Of a DNA stretch of 26,289 nucleotides, positions 1-8,444 are shown in pieces. The stretch is from Candidatus Heimdallarchaeota archaeon (GTDB taxonomy: Archaea; Asgardarchaeota; Wukongarchaeia; Wukongarchaeales; JBHIFL01), in contig JBHIFL010000058.1 of assembly GCA_046761065.1 (NCBI GenBank), forward strand, positions 1-26,289, in the 5' to 3' direction. Both the position numbers and the translations under genes were made by a program. Under the pieces are notes generated by a model. It did not search any database and was not told the DNA's origin. It saw only the letters and a list, made by a program, of their open reading frames with translations. Positions within the stretch are counted from its first letter, which is position 1, and the number at the start of each line of letters is the position of its first letter.

Positions 1-23
1 CTTGATGGTCGAATTGAAATTGA

Positions 24-1310
24 TTAGCTAGGATATGGCTTGGGCAACAAGCTATCCAGGATTTGTGGGTGTTACGGACTCGAATTCGGAAGACGAAGAG
101 GGAACTGGGGAAGCGGAAAGCCCAAGGAGAAGTGTTGTCGGAGGAGGAAGAATTAGCATTAGCGGATTATGGGACGCATGATCTCACTATTGAAGCGATC
201 CAGAACCGCCTATGCGACTTGTATGGGAGCCCGTTGCTGCGGGTGTTCTTTGTCCGAAGGACGACAGTAAGCGTTGAAGACCTCTTGGGCTAGCATGTGA
301 TTTTGGATTTGAGTGAGTTAAGGCATCAAGGGATCCGGAATGACCTGTAACGGTTGTTTTGCGAATTTATCTTGTTATATCAAAGTCATGGAGTGACACT
401 GCGCCAATAGGGGCGGATTAGAAGACGAAACGTTGTGGTTATTGAAGAGGCGCAGCAGCTCGTGCCCGAAGTGTTAGCGAAGCGGACCCTTGTCAATGGC
501 ACAATGCCAGAAGAACTTATCGGAACATTAGGAGGTTATGGGTTAACGCTTATGTTCATCTCCGCACAACCAGGGCTACTATCCCGCGCGATCATAGCAG
601 GGTGTCATACCAAAGTAGTATTTAGCTTATAGGGCAGGGAAGCGGCGTTATTAGCGGACATGCTGGGTGTGGAGGCGGCAGAAGTAGCGGGATTACAGAC
701 GGGAGAGTGCCTTGTCCGAGCGGCGGGGACCGGGGTGTGTAAGATGTGGGCTTGGACGTAGCGATCATATCCAGAAACGGCGGTAGCTCGATTAGAGAGC
801 AGGCAATAGGAGTTTCCGCACGAGGTTTCGAAGAGGGCGCGGGCGGTGTATAAATTCTTGGGGGAGCAGCCCCTTGAGTATTACAGCACCTTGGTTGAGT
901 TTATTGAGGAAGTGAGGAAGGAGGGAGATAAACAAACAGAAGACGAGGAAGGAGGAGAACAAGAAAGAAAAGAAGAGATGCTTGGCTGTTGGGCGGAGGC
1001 TGAATGTGGGTTGTGTGCCAAAGATGGGCGATTGGTGAAGGATGGGGTGAAATATGCTGAGAAGTATTGGGAGAAGACGCGAAAGGACGAGCTACTAACG
1101 AAACACAAAATCTATTCCCGTAATCCCACTATTTTGTACGATGATCTGTTACAACTGGTCCAGAAGGAGGGAGCACCCAATGCGGAGCTGGTGGCCTTCT
1201 GCGCGTGTTGGATGCTCTTTGAGTGGAGTGTAACCAATGCTACGCTGAGTAAGTGTGGCAGGGATGTGTTCAAGTTAGGGTGCGAGCAGTTAGTCGCTCG
1301 GTTAGTTTGA
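24..1310 (+). pseudogene. Degraded HerA/DUF87 (FtsK-HerA superfamily) ATPase gene, C-terminal half of the ATPase plus a downstream CxxC-containing region; the 5' part lies outside the window
   Basis: Track ORFs 63-293, 435-632 and 846-1310 share one frame. Reading through the stops gives VEDLLG*HVILDLS, Walker B VVVIEEAQQL, GYGLTLMFISAQPGLLSRAIIAGCHTKVVFSL* and AGLQTGECLV, the usual HerA-type motif series. In-frame stops: TAG 291, TAA 348, TAG 408, TAG 630, TAG 759, TAG 807, TGA 1308. Confidence 0.8.
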
Positions 1311-1393
1311 GAGCCTGAGCTGTCTCGGGTGTTGGATCGTAGGGGCCGTTCACGGCGGCCCCAGCATTTAAGCCATGGGATGCGTTTTGTGAC

Positions 1394-2440
1394 TTGTGCC
1401 CGATGGAACGGGGGTTGCGGGATATGTTCTGTGGGAACTATCGTGAGAAGGCGAATGTGCAGCTGGAAGATGCGGCCTTGTGGCAGCGGTTGACTGTGGC
1501 GTATCGCAGCTCCTTTCGCCAGTTTCTGAAGGCGTGTTTAGAGTCCGTATTGGCCGGGACCAGTTCCAAAGTCAGTTACTATTATTGCCTCGCGACAACG
1601 TTCCTGAAGGGGGCGCTGATGAGCAAGACGCAGCAGTTTCTGGCGGAGGTCGCAGCCCAGGAAAAACCCCTAGAGGAACAAACGACAGAAGAAAAAGACG
1701 ACCTACCTGAGAACAAGGAAGGGGAAAATGATGTTCCTAGTTCTAGTGATGATCCGTCTACTGAACTGAAACAGGCCATCGAAACCATCTTTGCTCAATA
1801 CAATGGCATCGTTTCGCGGGGAACGCTTAAACAGCAACTCCACGCTCTGGCTGGGTGGAATTCGCCAAAAACGTTTTATTCGCTCATAGAGCATGTTATC
1901 GCGAAAAAAGTTTCTGTTGCCATTCAGAAACGGGAGCGGAATCCCCGCCAAGTGAGAGCGCAAACCTACTACGTGTCTCCTGCCTATCACAAGATAGATA
2001 CTATCCTTGATTTCTTCCGTGTGATTCACAATTTCATCATGGGTGAAATCAAAAACTTTCTCAGCGTCACTTGTGCGGTCAAAGACAGAACCAGACTCAC
2101 AAAAACCGGAAACACAATAATCAATGACCTAGAAGTGAGGTTTAGTTCACGGAGAACATATGTGGAATATACGAGTGGTGGACGGGAGAAGATGCACGAC
2201 CAGCTTAAAAAGATCAGGGATAACCAGAATTATGAAGCTGTATTTGTAGTCAGACTTGAAGATCCGCCTCGACGCCGCCAAAGCTCTAGAAACAACCCAA
2301 TTGGTATCCGATCCAATAAGAAGGTAGCCTTAGAAATTGCCGACGAATTAGGCATAAAGGTCTACGTCTTCACCCTGACAAATGTAACCATGCTGGAATA
2401 TTATTGTATGCATGGAAAGATGCCCTATACCCAGCGGTGA
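1394..2440 (+). CDS. Hypothetical protein, probably the distal part of the same gene beyond a frameshift near 1340. It has a CxxC, an acidic linker, a possible winged helix and a possible PD-(D/E)xK nuclease-like C-terminus.
   Basis: 348-aa ORF with the frame open from 1343 (GPFTAAPAFKPWDAFCDLCP), no obvious RBS or clean start, and the motif INDLEVRFSSRRTYVEYTSG. The nuclease call is tentative. Confidence 0.55.
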   Translation: MCPMERGLRDMFCGNYREKANVQLEDAALWQRLTVAYRSSFRQFLKACLESVLAGTSSKVSYYYCLATTFLKGALMSKTQQFLAEVAAQEKPLEEQTTEEKDDLPENKEGENDVPSSSDDPSTELKQAIETIFAQYNGIVSRGTLKQQLHALAGWNSPKTFYSLIEHVIAKKVSVAIQKRERNPRQVRAQTYYVSPAYHKIDTILDFFRVIHNFIMGEIKNFLSVTCAVKDRTRLTKTGNTIINDLEVRFSSRRTYVEYTSGGREKMHDQLKKIRDNQNYEAVFVVRLEDPPRRRQSSRNNPIGIRSNKKVALEIADELGIKVYVFTLTNVTMLEYYCMHGKMPYTQR

Positions 2441-2508
2441 CGTTGTTCTCTATTACTAATTCAACCTGTTTCGTGGTCATTACCCCAAGACTGTTCATTT
2501 TTCGAGTA

Positions 2509-3012
2509 TCAACGCCGATCTTCAATATATTGTAAAAAACGCTCGAAAACAACAAGACTATCAGGACAAACCTGTTTTTGAGTGATGAACGTTTTGACGT
2601 GTTCAAGATCGAGGAACCAGCCGTGTTCGATTTCTTCAGTTTGGAGCGTTAGGGGCCCATCATACTCACACGAATAGGTTGCTGTTACACATTTGTGATG
2701 CGGGGATTCATAATGCACTTTGAAGAGGAACTCCAGCTCAACATCAGTGATCCCTACTTCTTCAGCTAACTCTCGCTTTGCTGCGGTTTCATATGTTTCT
2801 CCAGTTTCGACGACTCCCCCCACAGCGATATCATAAAACCCAGGAAACACATCTTTGGTAGCCGTTCGTTTATGCACAAACAATTGATCAAGTGAATTAA
2901 AAACTAAAATGGCGGTCCCCCGGTGTCTTAAGCCCTTTGCCCGCATCTCTTTCCTTGTTGCACGCCGTATTAAGCGATCCTTTTCGTCCACAATATCCAC
3001 ATATTCCGACAT
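2509..3012 (-). CDS. Nudix hydrolase, YfcD/IPP-isomerase-like
   Basis: Complete Nudix box GGVVETGETYETAAKRELAEEVG, plus YfcD-like segments VDIVDEKD, HRGTAILVFNS, KRTATKDVFPG and CPDSL. Start moved to ATG 3012 (MSEYVD), which follows AGGGAGGG. Confidence 0.9.
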   Translation of the reverse strand: MSEYVDIVDEKDRLIRRATRKEMRAKGLRHRGTAILVFNSLDQLFVHKRTATKDVFPGFYDIAVGGVVETGETYETAAKRELAEEVGITDVELEFLFKVHYESPHHKCVTATYSCEYDGPLTLQTEEIEHGWFLDLEHVKTFITQKQVCPDSLVVFERFLQYIEDRR

Positions 3013-3251
3013 GGGAAGCCCTCCCTGAAATGCAGGCAGGGAAACTGGCAGAAATAGAAGGGAAATGAGTCTAAGAGGTAAGATTAGGTTAGAGGGGCGG
3101 GAATTGGACAATTTTGGATTGTGGTTACATTGGTATTGTAACTGTTATGATACTTAAGATGGGAGTTAATGGTCTACATAAACTAATGTCACAGAATTTC
3201 TGATTTCTACAAGAAAGAAAAAGGTTATGGGAGTTGGAGGTTGCTCTGGAT

Positions 3252-3755
3252 TCATTCGACCTTGAAGAAATTCTTTTGTAATGCGCCACAGATGGGACAC
3301 TTCGTAGGAGCTTTTCCTTCGAACGTGTAGCCACATACTCCACAAACATAATAGTCTGTTGTTGGCAGATCGGTTCCAGATTCGAGTGTGTTAATAGCCG
3401 CAGCATAAAGGTGTTCATGCACCTTTTCAGTCTCAAGAGCCCATTCAAAACTGCGAGCTGCTCTCTTCTCTCCTTCCTTGTGGGCTTGTTCGATGAACGA
3501 GGGATACATTTTCTTGATCTCGTAGATTTCCCCGTTAACAGCAGCTTTGAGATTCTCTACGGTTGATCCGACACCCCGCAGCACATTCAGATGGCCATGA
3601 GCATGGATAGTTTCCGCTGCTCCGATGGCACGAAAGAGACGAGCGATTTGTGGGTAGCCTTCTTGATCTGCTTTTTTTGCAAAAGCAAGGTATTTTCGAT
3701 TAGCTTGGCTTTCGCCGGCAAAGGCTGCTTGAACATTTTGTTCAGTTTGACTCAA
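3252..3755 (-). CDS. rbr: Rubrerythrin
   Basis: AFAGESQANRKY, ETIHA, GEIYE and EKVH di-iron motifs, with C-terminal rubredoxin CGVCG...CPICG. Probable TTG start at 3755 after AAGGAGG. Confidence 0.95.
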   Translation of the reverse strand: MSQTEQNVQAAFAGESQANRKYLAFAKKADQEGYPQIARLFRAIGAAETIHAHGHLNVLRGVGSTVENLKAAVNGEIYEIKKMYPSFIEQAHKEGEKRAARSFEWALETEKVHEHLYAAAINTLESGTDLPTTDYYVCGVCGYTFEGKAPTKCPICGALQKNFFKVE

Positions 3756-3947
3756 GTTTAATTCCTCCTTCTTTTTATCAATTATAATCAGCAACAACTT
3801 ATGCAGATCAGCAGCTGCTGCACCAGCCTAGGATTCATCTATTACCCTTAAGTTTGCTACAATCATCCCAGGTTAAATTTGTAGATCCTTATAGACATTA
3901 AATCCTAATAAGATATCGCAGTTCAAATAAGGTCCGGCATTGCTAGA

Positions 3948-4448
3948 TCAAGGACCTAGTTTGTGTAGTTGTTTGATAACCTCCTTCAACATCTTGTGAT
4001 GGCGTTTCTCATCATCAACAATGTGCTGAAGTATCAGCTTTACTCCCTGGTTGTCAGTCTTTTTAATCATTGCCTCATGACGTTGAATCATTTCTTTCTC
4101 TATTTCGACATGCTTTTGTAAGGCTTGCTCTGTAGCGACTTGTCCCACATACCTATCAATTCGATAATCCCATAAGTATTCGGGAGTGCCTTCTTTGATC
4201 GTATCGATCAATGTCTGCAAGATCTTCGCGTGTTTGGTTGAGTCCATTCGAATTTGATATAAAATGAGCTTAGCGCCTGCGCTCTTAAGTTGTTCTTCTT
4301 TTTCTTGGCTTATTTTTATATTTTGGAGCTCCAATTTACGATTTTCTTCCAGTATCTCGAGGAGTTCACCATTTTCATTCTCCATTTGCATCAGCCCAAG
4401 CCCGAATGAATTTAACGAATTTAATAAAGTTTGTATAGGGTTGCTCAT
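3948..4448 (-). CDS. Ferritin-like four-helix-bundle protein (rubrerythrin/ferritin superfamily, no rubredoxin domain)
   Basis: Two repeated halves with D/E-x-x-H motifs: LELQN...DSTKHAKIL and IEKEM...DDEKRHHKML. Lies between two rubrerythrins. Confidence 0.8.
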   Translation of the reverse strand: MSNPIQTLLNSLNSFGLGLMQMENENGELLEILEENRKLELQNIKISQEKEEQLKSAGAKLILYQIRMDSTKHAKILQTLIDTIKEGTPEYLWDYRIDRYVGQVATEQALQKHVEIEKEMIQRHEAMIKKTDNQGVKLILQHIVDDEKRHHKMLKEVIKQLHKLGP

Positions 4449-4657
4449 AGTGATATTCCTTAATTTTACATTATGTCTCTATCGAATTATCAGTTGTTTT
4501 TGCTTTCGCTTTGTATGTGATTTAGACCTTCTTTAGAACATATATATCAGTTGAATATCGTGTTATAAGGGTAAAATAGGAACATTTAACATAAAGGATA
4601 ATCTTTTTAGAATAAAGGATTTAGTATAAATAATACTTATATGGAGAAGTTATAATC

Positions 4658-5206
4658 GTGAAAATAATAACAAAAGCCAATCTTGGTTCTGCATTCGCTG
4701 GAGAGAGTCAAGCACACATGCGATATCAGATCTATTCACAAGAAGCCCAAAAAGAAGGATTCCCCAATGTTGCTAGGCTTTTTGAAGCCATAGCATGGGC
4801 GGAACGCGTACATGCAGGTAACCATCTCCATTGTATGAGGGATCTTAGAGAAATAGTTACGACTGTGGCGGAAACTCCCTTTGGACTCGGGGATACCACA
4901 ATTAATCTCCAGTTTGGCATTGATGGTGAGACATTTGAGATTACAGAGATGTACCCTGCATATATAGAGGTTGCTCAATCCCAAGGGGAGAATGAAGCCA
5001 TACAATCATTCAATTGGGCTTTTCAAGCGGAACAGATCCATGCTAAAATGTACCAACGCGCAAAGAGCTTAGTGGACAGAGGGAAAGATATCGAACTTGG
5101 CAAAGTACAAATTTGTGGTAGGTGCGGCCACACACTCGAAGGGGACGCCCCAGACAAGTGTCCCATTTGTGGTGCACCTAAAGAGATGTACAAAGAATTT
5201 GCATAA
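4658..5206 (+). CDS. rbr: Rubrerythrin
   Basis: AFAGESQAHMRY, ERVHA, GETFE, EQIHA, CGRCG...CPICG. GTG start after GGAG. Confidence 0.95.
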   Translation: MKIITKANLGSAFAGESQAHMRYQIYSQEAQKEGFPNVARLFEAIAWAERVHAGNHLHCMRDLREIVTTVAETPFGLGDTTINLQFGIDGETFEITEMYPAYIEVAQSQGENEAIQSFNWAFQAEQIHAKMYQRAKSLVDRGKDIELGKVQICGRCGHTLEGDAPDKCPICGAPKEMYKEFA

Positions 5207-5211
5207 CCTAC

Positions 5212-5240
5212 TCTTACTTTTTCTTTTTTATCTTCTTATT
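5212..5240 (+). terminator. Archaeal oligo-T/pyrimidine-rich terminator after the second rubrerythrin
   Basis: tcttactttttcttttttatcttcttatt immediately after the stop codon. Confidence 0.5.
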
Positions 5241-5551
5241 GCACGAACACTGGGCATCTTAAGGAGAAATAGGATTTTAACGCGTTAATAGTTTATCATG
5301 ATATTCAATGAGATGTCGGTGCTAAATCAGCTGCATGTGTTCAAAGTGAAGTACATTTACTTCAATAAATTCATTCCCAGTTATCAGGATCCTTAAATCG
5401 TATTATATGGAGACAGGTTTTAAGAAGGGTTCCATTATCGGAATTCAAGTGATTTAGCATTTTATACTCTAATACTTTGTTCTCAACTAAGACAAGCTTT
5501 TTGTAATTCTAATCGTTTATTAAGCACAATACAGACGGGTAGGTAGAACGA

Positions 5552-6493
5552 TTGGCTAATGGGATGTATGATGTTATAATCGTGGGCGGGGGACCAGCGG
5601 GCCTAGCGGCTGGAATTGGGTGTGCTGATTGGAAATTAAACACTGTTATCTTTGAAGGTGGCACATGGGGGGGCTTATTGGCAACCCTATACCCTCACAA
5701 GCAAATATACAACTATCCGGGATTTCCTGGGGGGATTCTGCCGCTTGATCTTGTCAAACACATGCTCAGTCAAGTGAGAGAAGCTCCAACAGTAACATTG
5801 CAAAATGAGCGGATTATAGACATTTCGCTAGACAAACACGTAAAAACGACGGAGGGGGAATTCAAGAGCAGAGTCATCATCATCGCCACGGGCAGTCGTC
5901 CTCGGGAGCTGGGAATTCCGGGGGAGCGGAAGTTCAGTCGGGGAGATCGTGGAGTATCGTATTATGTCACCCACCCAGAAGCGTTTGTCGAGAAAAAAGT
6001 TCTCATTGTAGGCGGGGGAGATACCGCCATGGATGCGGCTCTTGACTTAATTGATCTTGCGGCTGAAATCTTTATCGCACATCGAAGGGATACATTCAGA
6101 GCTACGGATGCAGATATTGAAAGAGTCCTAGTTAGTGGGAAAGTCGAGGCCCTGTTCAATACGGAGCTCCGAGAGATCAAGGGAGGAGTTTCAGTGGATC
6201 ATGTAATCCTCTGGAATAATGTTGAAAACCAGGAATTCCCCCTTGAAATTGATTGGGTGATCCTAGCGGTTGGACTTACTCCAAATACCGAAATATTTGA
6301 GAAACTAGGGTTGAAAACGGATCAACATGGGTGTATCATAACAGATCGCCATATGCGAACCAATGTTGAAGGTGTTTATGCGCTCGGGGACGTATCATGT
6401 GGCGATACAAAACTCATTATTGTAGCAGCCGCTGATGGTGCAATTGCAGCCAAGAACGCGTATGCCTACATCAAGCAGCCTTATTGGGGCTAA
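5552..6493 (+). CDS. TrxR-fold FAD/NADPH oxidoreductase without the redox CxxC; probably a ferredoxin-NADP+ reductase (YumC/FNR type)
   Basis: GGGPAG FAD motif, GGGDTA and HRRD NADPH motif, TNVEGVYALGD. GVSYYVTH replaces the CxxC site, and GGLLATLYPHKQIYNYPGF resembles the YumC-type signature. Confidence 0.8.
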   Translation: MANGMYDVIIVGGGPAGLAAGIGCADWKLNTVIFEGGTWGGLLATLYPHKQIYNYPGFPGGILPLDLVKHMLSQVREAPTVTLQNERIIDISLDKHVKTTEGEFKSRVIIIATGSRPRELGIPGERKFSRGDRGVSYYVTHPEAFVEKKVLIVGGGDTAMDAALDLIDLAAEIFIAHRRDTFRATDADIERVLVSGKVEALFNTELREIKGGVSVDHVILWNNVENQEFPLEIDWVILAVGLTPNTEIFEKLGLKTDQHGCIITDRHMRTNVEGVYALGDVSCGDTKLIIVAAADGAIAAKNAYAYIKQPYWG

Positions 6494-6712
6494 CGAAACC
6501 CAATAATTCTTGTAAGGTATAAGCCCAAGTTTGCTTTCACTGTTTGTGATATAAAAGCCAGGAGGAAGGGATAGTACTTGCACTACCGAATATGTTTTCT
6601 GTCACACAATTTCGCTCCTCCAAATTCAATTATTTAAAAATTCCATTATGACACGGAAACCGGATTATAAGGAAAAACCATCTCACTTCGTTGGCGATTT
6701 GGCGCTCTACTC

Positions 6713-7714
6713 TTAAAAGTCCCAAAGGGGGGAGTCATTAGGTAGTGTTGTCACTTCCACTCCATCTGCTGTGATTAAGATGGTATGCTCAGATTGGGCC
6801 ACCATTGCGTCCTTCGCCTCTGAAAGGACATGATATTTCCGCAGCGCACCCTGCGATTGGAGTTCTCGCAAGGCGAATTTTGTTTCAGCCGAATTGAATT
6901 CGCGACGCAGAGCCCGTTCGGAGAAGGGTAATTGTTTATATTCCCGGGCAATATGGGCAAGAACTTTCCGGGTTGCTTTGCTTCGAGCCCTCACCCGGAT
7001 TGGTAAGAGGGAAAAGATGAAACATTTGTTATGGTCTTCATGCACAGTTCCTACCCCAGTTGTTGCAAAAATATCAAGTCCATAAGCTTCCCCTTCTTCA
7101 AAAGCTTTACCATGGGGAAGCGTAATATTAGGAATGATTTTCGGGCCGTGCAAGTCATATTGATCAATTAAATGGCCTGAAAGATCGCGAATAGGCCGGT
7201 ATCCATAGTTTTTGATAGTTTCTTCGATGATTCGTCCTATTTCATTTGTCTTTACACCAGGTTTTATCGTCTCTATCGAATGCTTCAAAGCTTGATTAAC
7301 AGCTTCGACGAGTGGAGTGAGGGTCTCATCTAAGGTAACTGTAAAAGCGGTATCGGCTACATATCCATCTTTATGAGTACCAACATCAATCTTAACTATG
7401 GCTTTTTCTCCAATAGTTCCTTCATCATTTGGTGGGGACGTATAGTGTGCGGCTAAATTATCTATACTGATATTAAACGGAAAAGAAATCCCGAAGCCTT
7501 GTTGTAGGATGTAGTCTTCAGTTTTTTCACAGATATCCAACAATCTTGCACCAGGTTTTATCATATCTCTTGCTTTTACTAGTGCCTGATGCGCAACTAT
7601 CCCAGCGTGTCGATATTTTTCCTCTTTTGTTCCTTCCTCTTCTTCCTCTTCTTGTTCCTGTTTGTCTTCTTCTATTACATGGTCTTCAGCCAAGTGCGAT
7701 CCCCCCATCAGCAA
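6713..7714 (-). CDS. map: Methionine aminopeptidase type II (archaeal/eukaryotic type), with an acidic N-terminal extension
   Basis: AAHYT, KIDVGTHKDGYVADTAFT, GHLI..Y.LH, the type II helical insert (REYKQLPFSER) and AQSEHT. An alternative start is TTG 7693. Confidence 0.9.
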   Translation of the reverse strand: MLMGGSHLAEDHVIEEDKQEQEEEEEEGTKEEKYRHAGIVAHQALVKARDMIKPGARLLDICEKTEDYILQQGFGISFPFNISIDNLAAHYTSPPNDEGTIGEKAIVKIDVGTHKDGYVADTAFTVTLDETLTPLVEAVNQALKHSIETIKPGVKTNEIGRIIEETIKNYGYRPIRDLSGHLIDQYDLHGPKIIPNITLPHGKAFEEGEAYGLDIFATTGVGTVHEDHNKCFIFSLLPIRVRARSKATRKVLAHIAREYKQLPFSERALRREFNSAETKFALRELQSQGALRKYHVLSEAKDAMVAQSEHTILITADGVEVTTLPNDSPLWDF

Positions 7715-7917
7715 CCTTGAATTTTCAACAACCTTTCAAGCTTTTGTCTTGTGAACCCTCAAGCATCGTTGAAAGAAAGTTCTCTTTAATTATGAGCACG
7801 AATACCTTTAGTGCGTAATAATTAGATTAGCATAACATGTGTATTACTTTTGGCATTTATAAACGCGTATTCAAGCCAAGAGTAGGGGATTCGACCATGA
7901 ATTGAGGGCATATTGGT

Positions 7918-8232
7918 TTACTGGTTATTCTGGGATAGAGCTTCTTCAACGAGTTCTATTCGTTCGAAGCTGTCTTTTGTTGCGACCGCCTGATCAATGG
8001 AATGGATGACTGCCCCATGGTCTTCGAGTTCCAATCTAATTTTATCAAAGTCAAGTTTGGATCCGTCAATGGTGATTTTCACTGATTCTGTTTCAGCATC
8101 CACTTCTACCACGGTGATGTTGACCCCTGTAATTTCTTCCTGAGTACATAAATGGTCTGCTAAAAATACGATGTTTGGGTTATGCGGTTTCAACACATCA
8201 AGAACAAGTCTTCTAATCCCATAGCTATCCAA
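7918..8232 (-). CDS. DUF211 family protein
   Basis: IRRLVLDVLKPH...GVNITVVEVD.ETE...GAVIHSIDQ signature. AAGGAGG precedes the TTG start. Confidence 0.9.
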   Translation of the reverse strand: MDSYGIRRLVLDVLKPHNPNIVFLADHLCTQEEITGVNITVVEVDAETESVKITIDGSKLDFDKIRLELEDHGAVIHSIDQAVATKDSFERIELVEEALSQNNQ

Positions 8233-8444
8233 TCGAATAGTGTCCTCCTTATTCGGGATCCCCCTTTAGCAACCAATGGATGTTCATCTTTTAAAACAGC
8301 TCACAATATGGTCGTTGCTATAATCCATTTGGGGTTTTAAAATAATAAGATTTTCTTATCATTTCTTTTTAAAAGTTTTCCCACCAAACAAAAGGTTTTA
8401 TTGGGTAATCGATTAGACCTTATGCAAAGGAAAGAGGAATTGAC

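Noticed and set aside
63-1310. Three independent small genes (63-293, 435-632, 846-1310), or a pyrrolysine/selenocysteine protein
   Set aside because: They share a frame and the HerA motifs continue across the stops. All three stop types occur, so one recoding event cannot restore the protein.
3809-3820. 12-bp perfect palindrome CAGCAGCTGCTG upstream of the first rubrerythrin
   Set aside because: It is a single occurrence built from CAG triplets, with no second copy to support a function.
5552-6493. Annotation as thioredoxin reductase (trxB)
   Set aside because: The catalytic CxxC is absent (GVSYYVTH), so disulfide reduction by the standard mechanism is not supported.
6494-6712. Small gene after the GGAGGAG sequence on the minus strand near 6615-6621
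   Set aside because: The downstream frames close within about 8-22 codons and have no recognisable motif.
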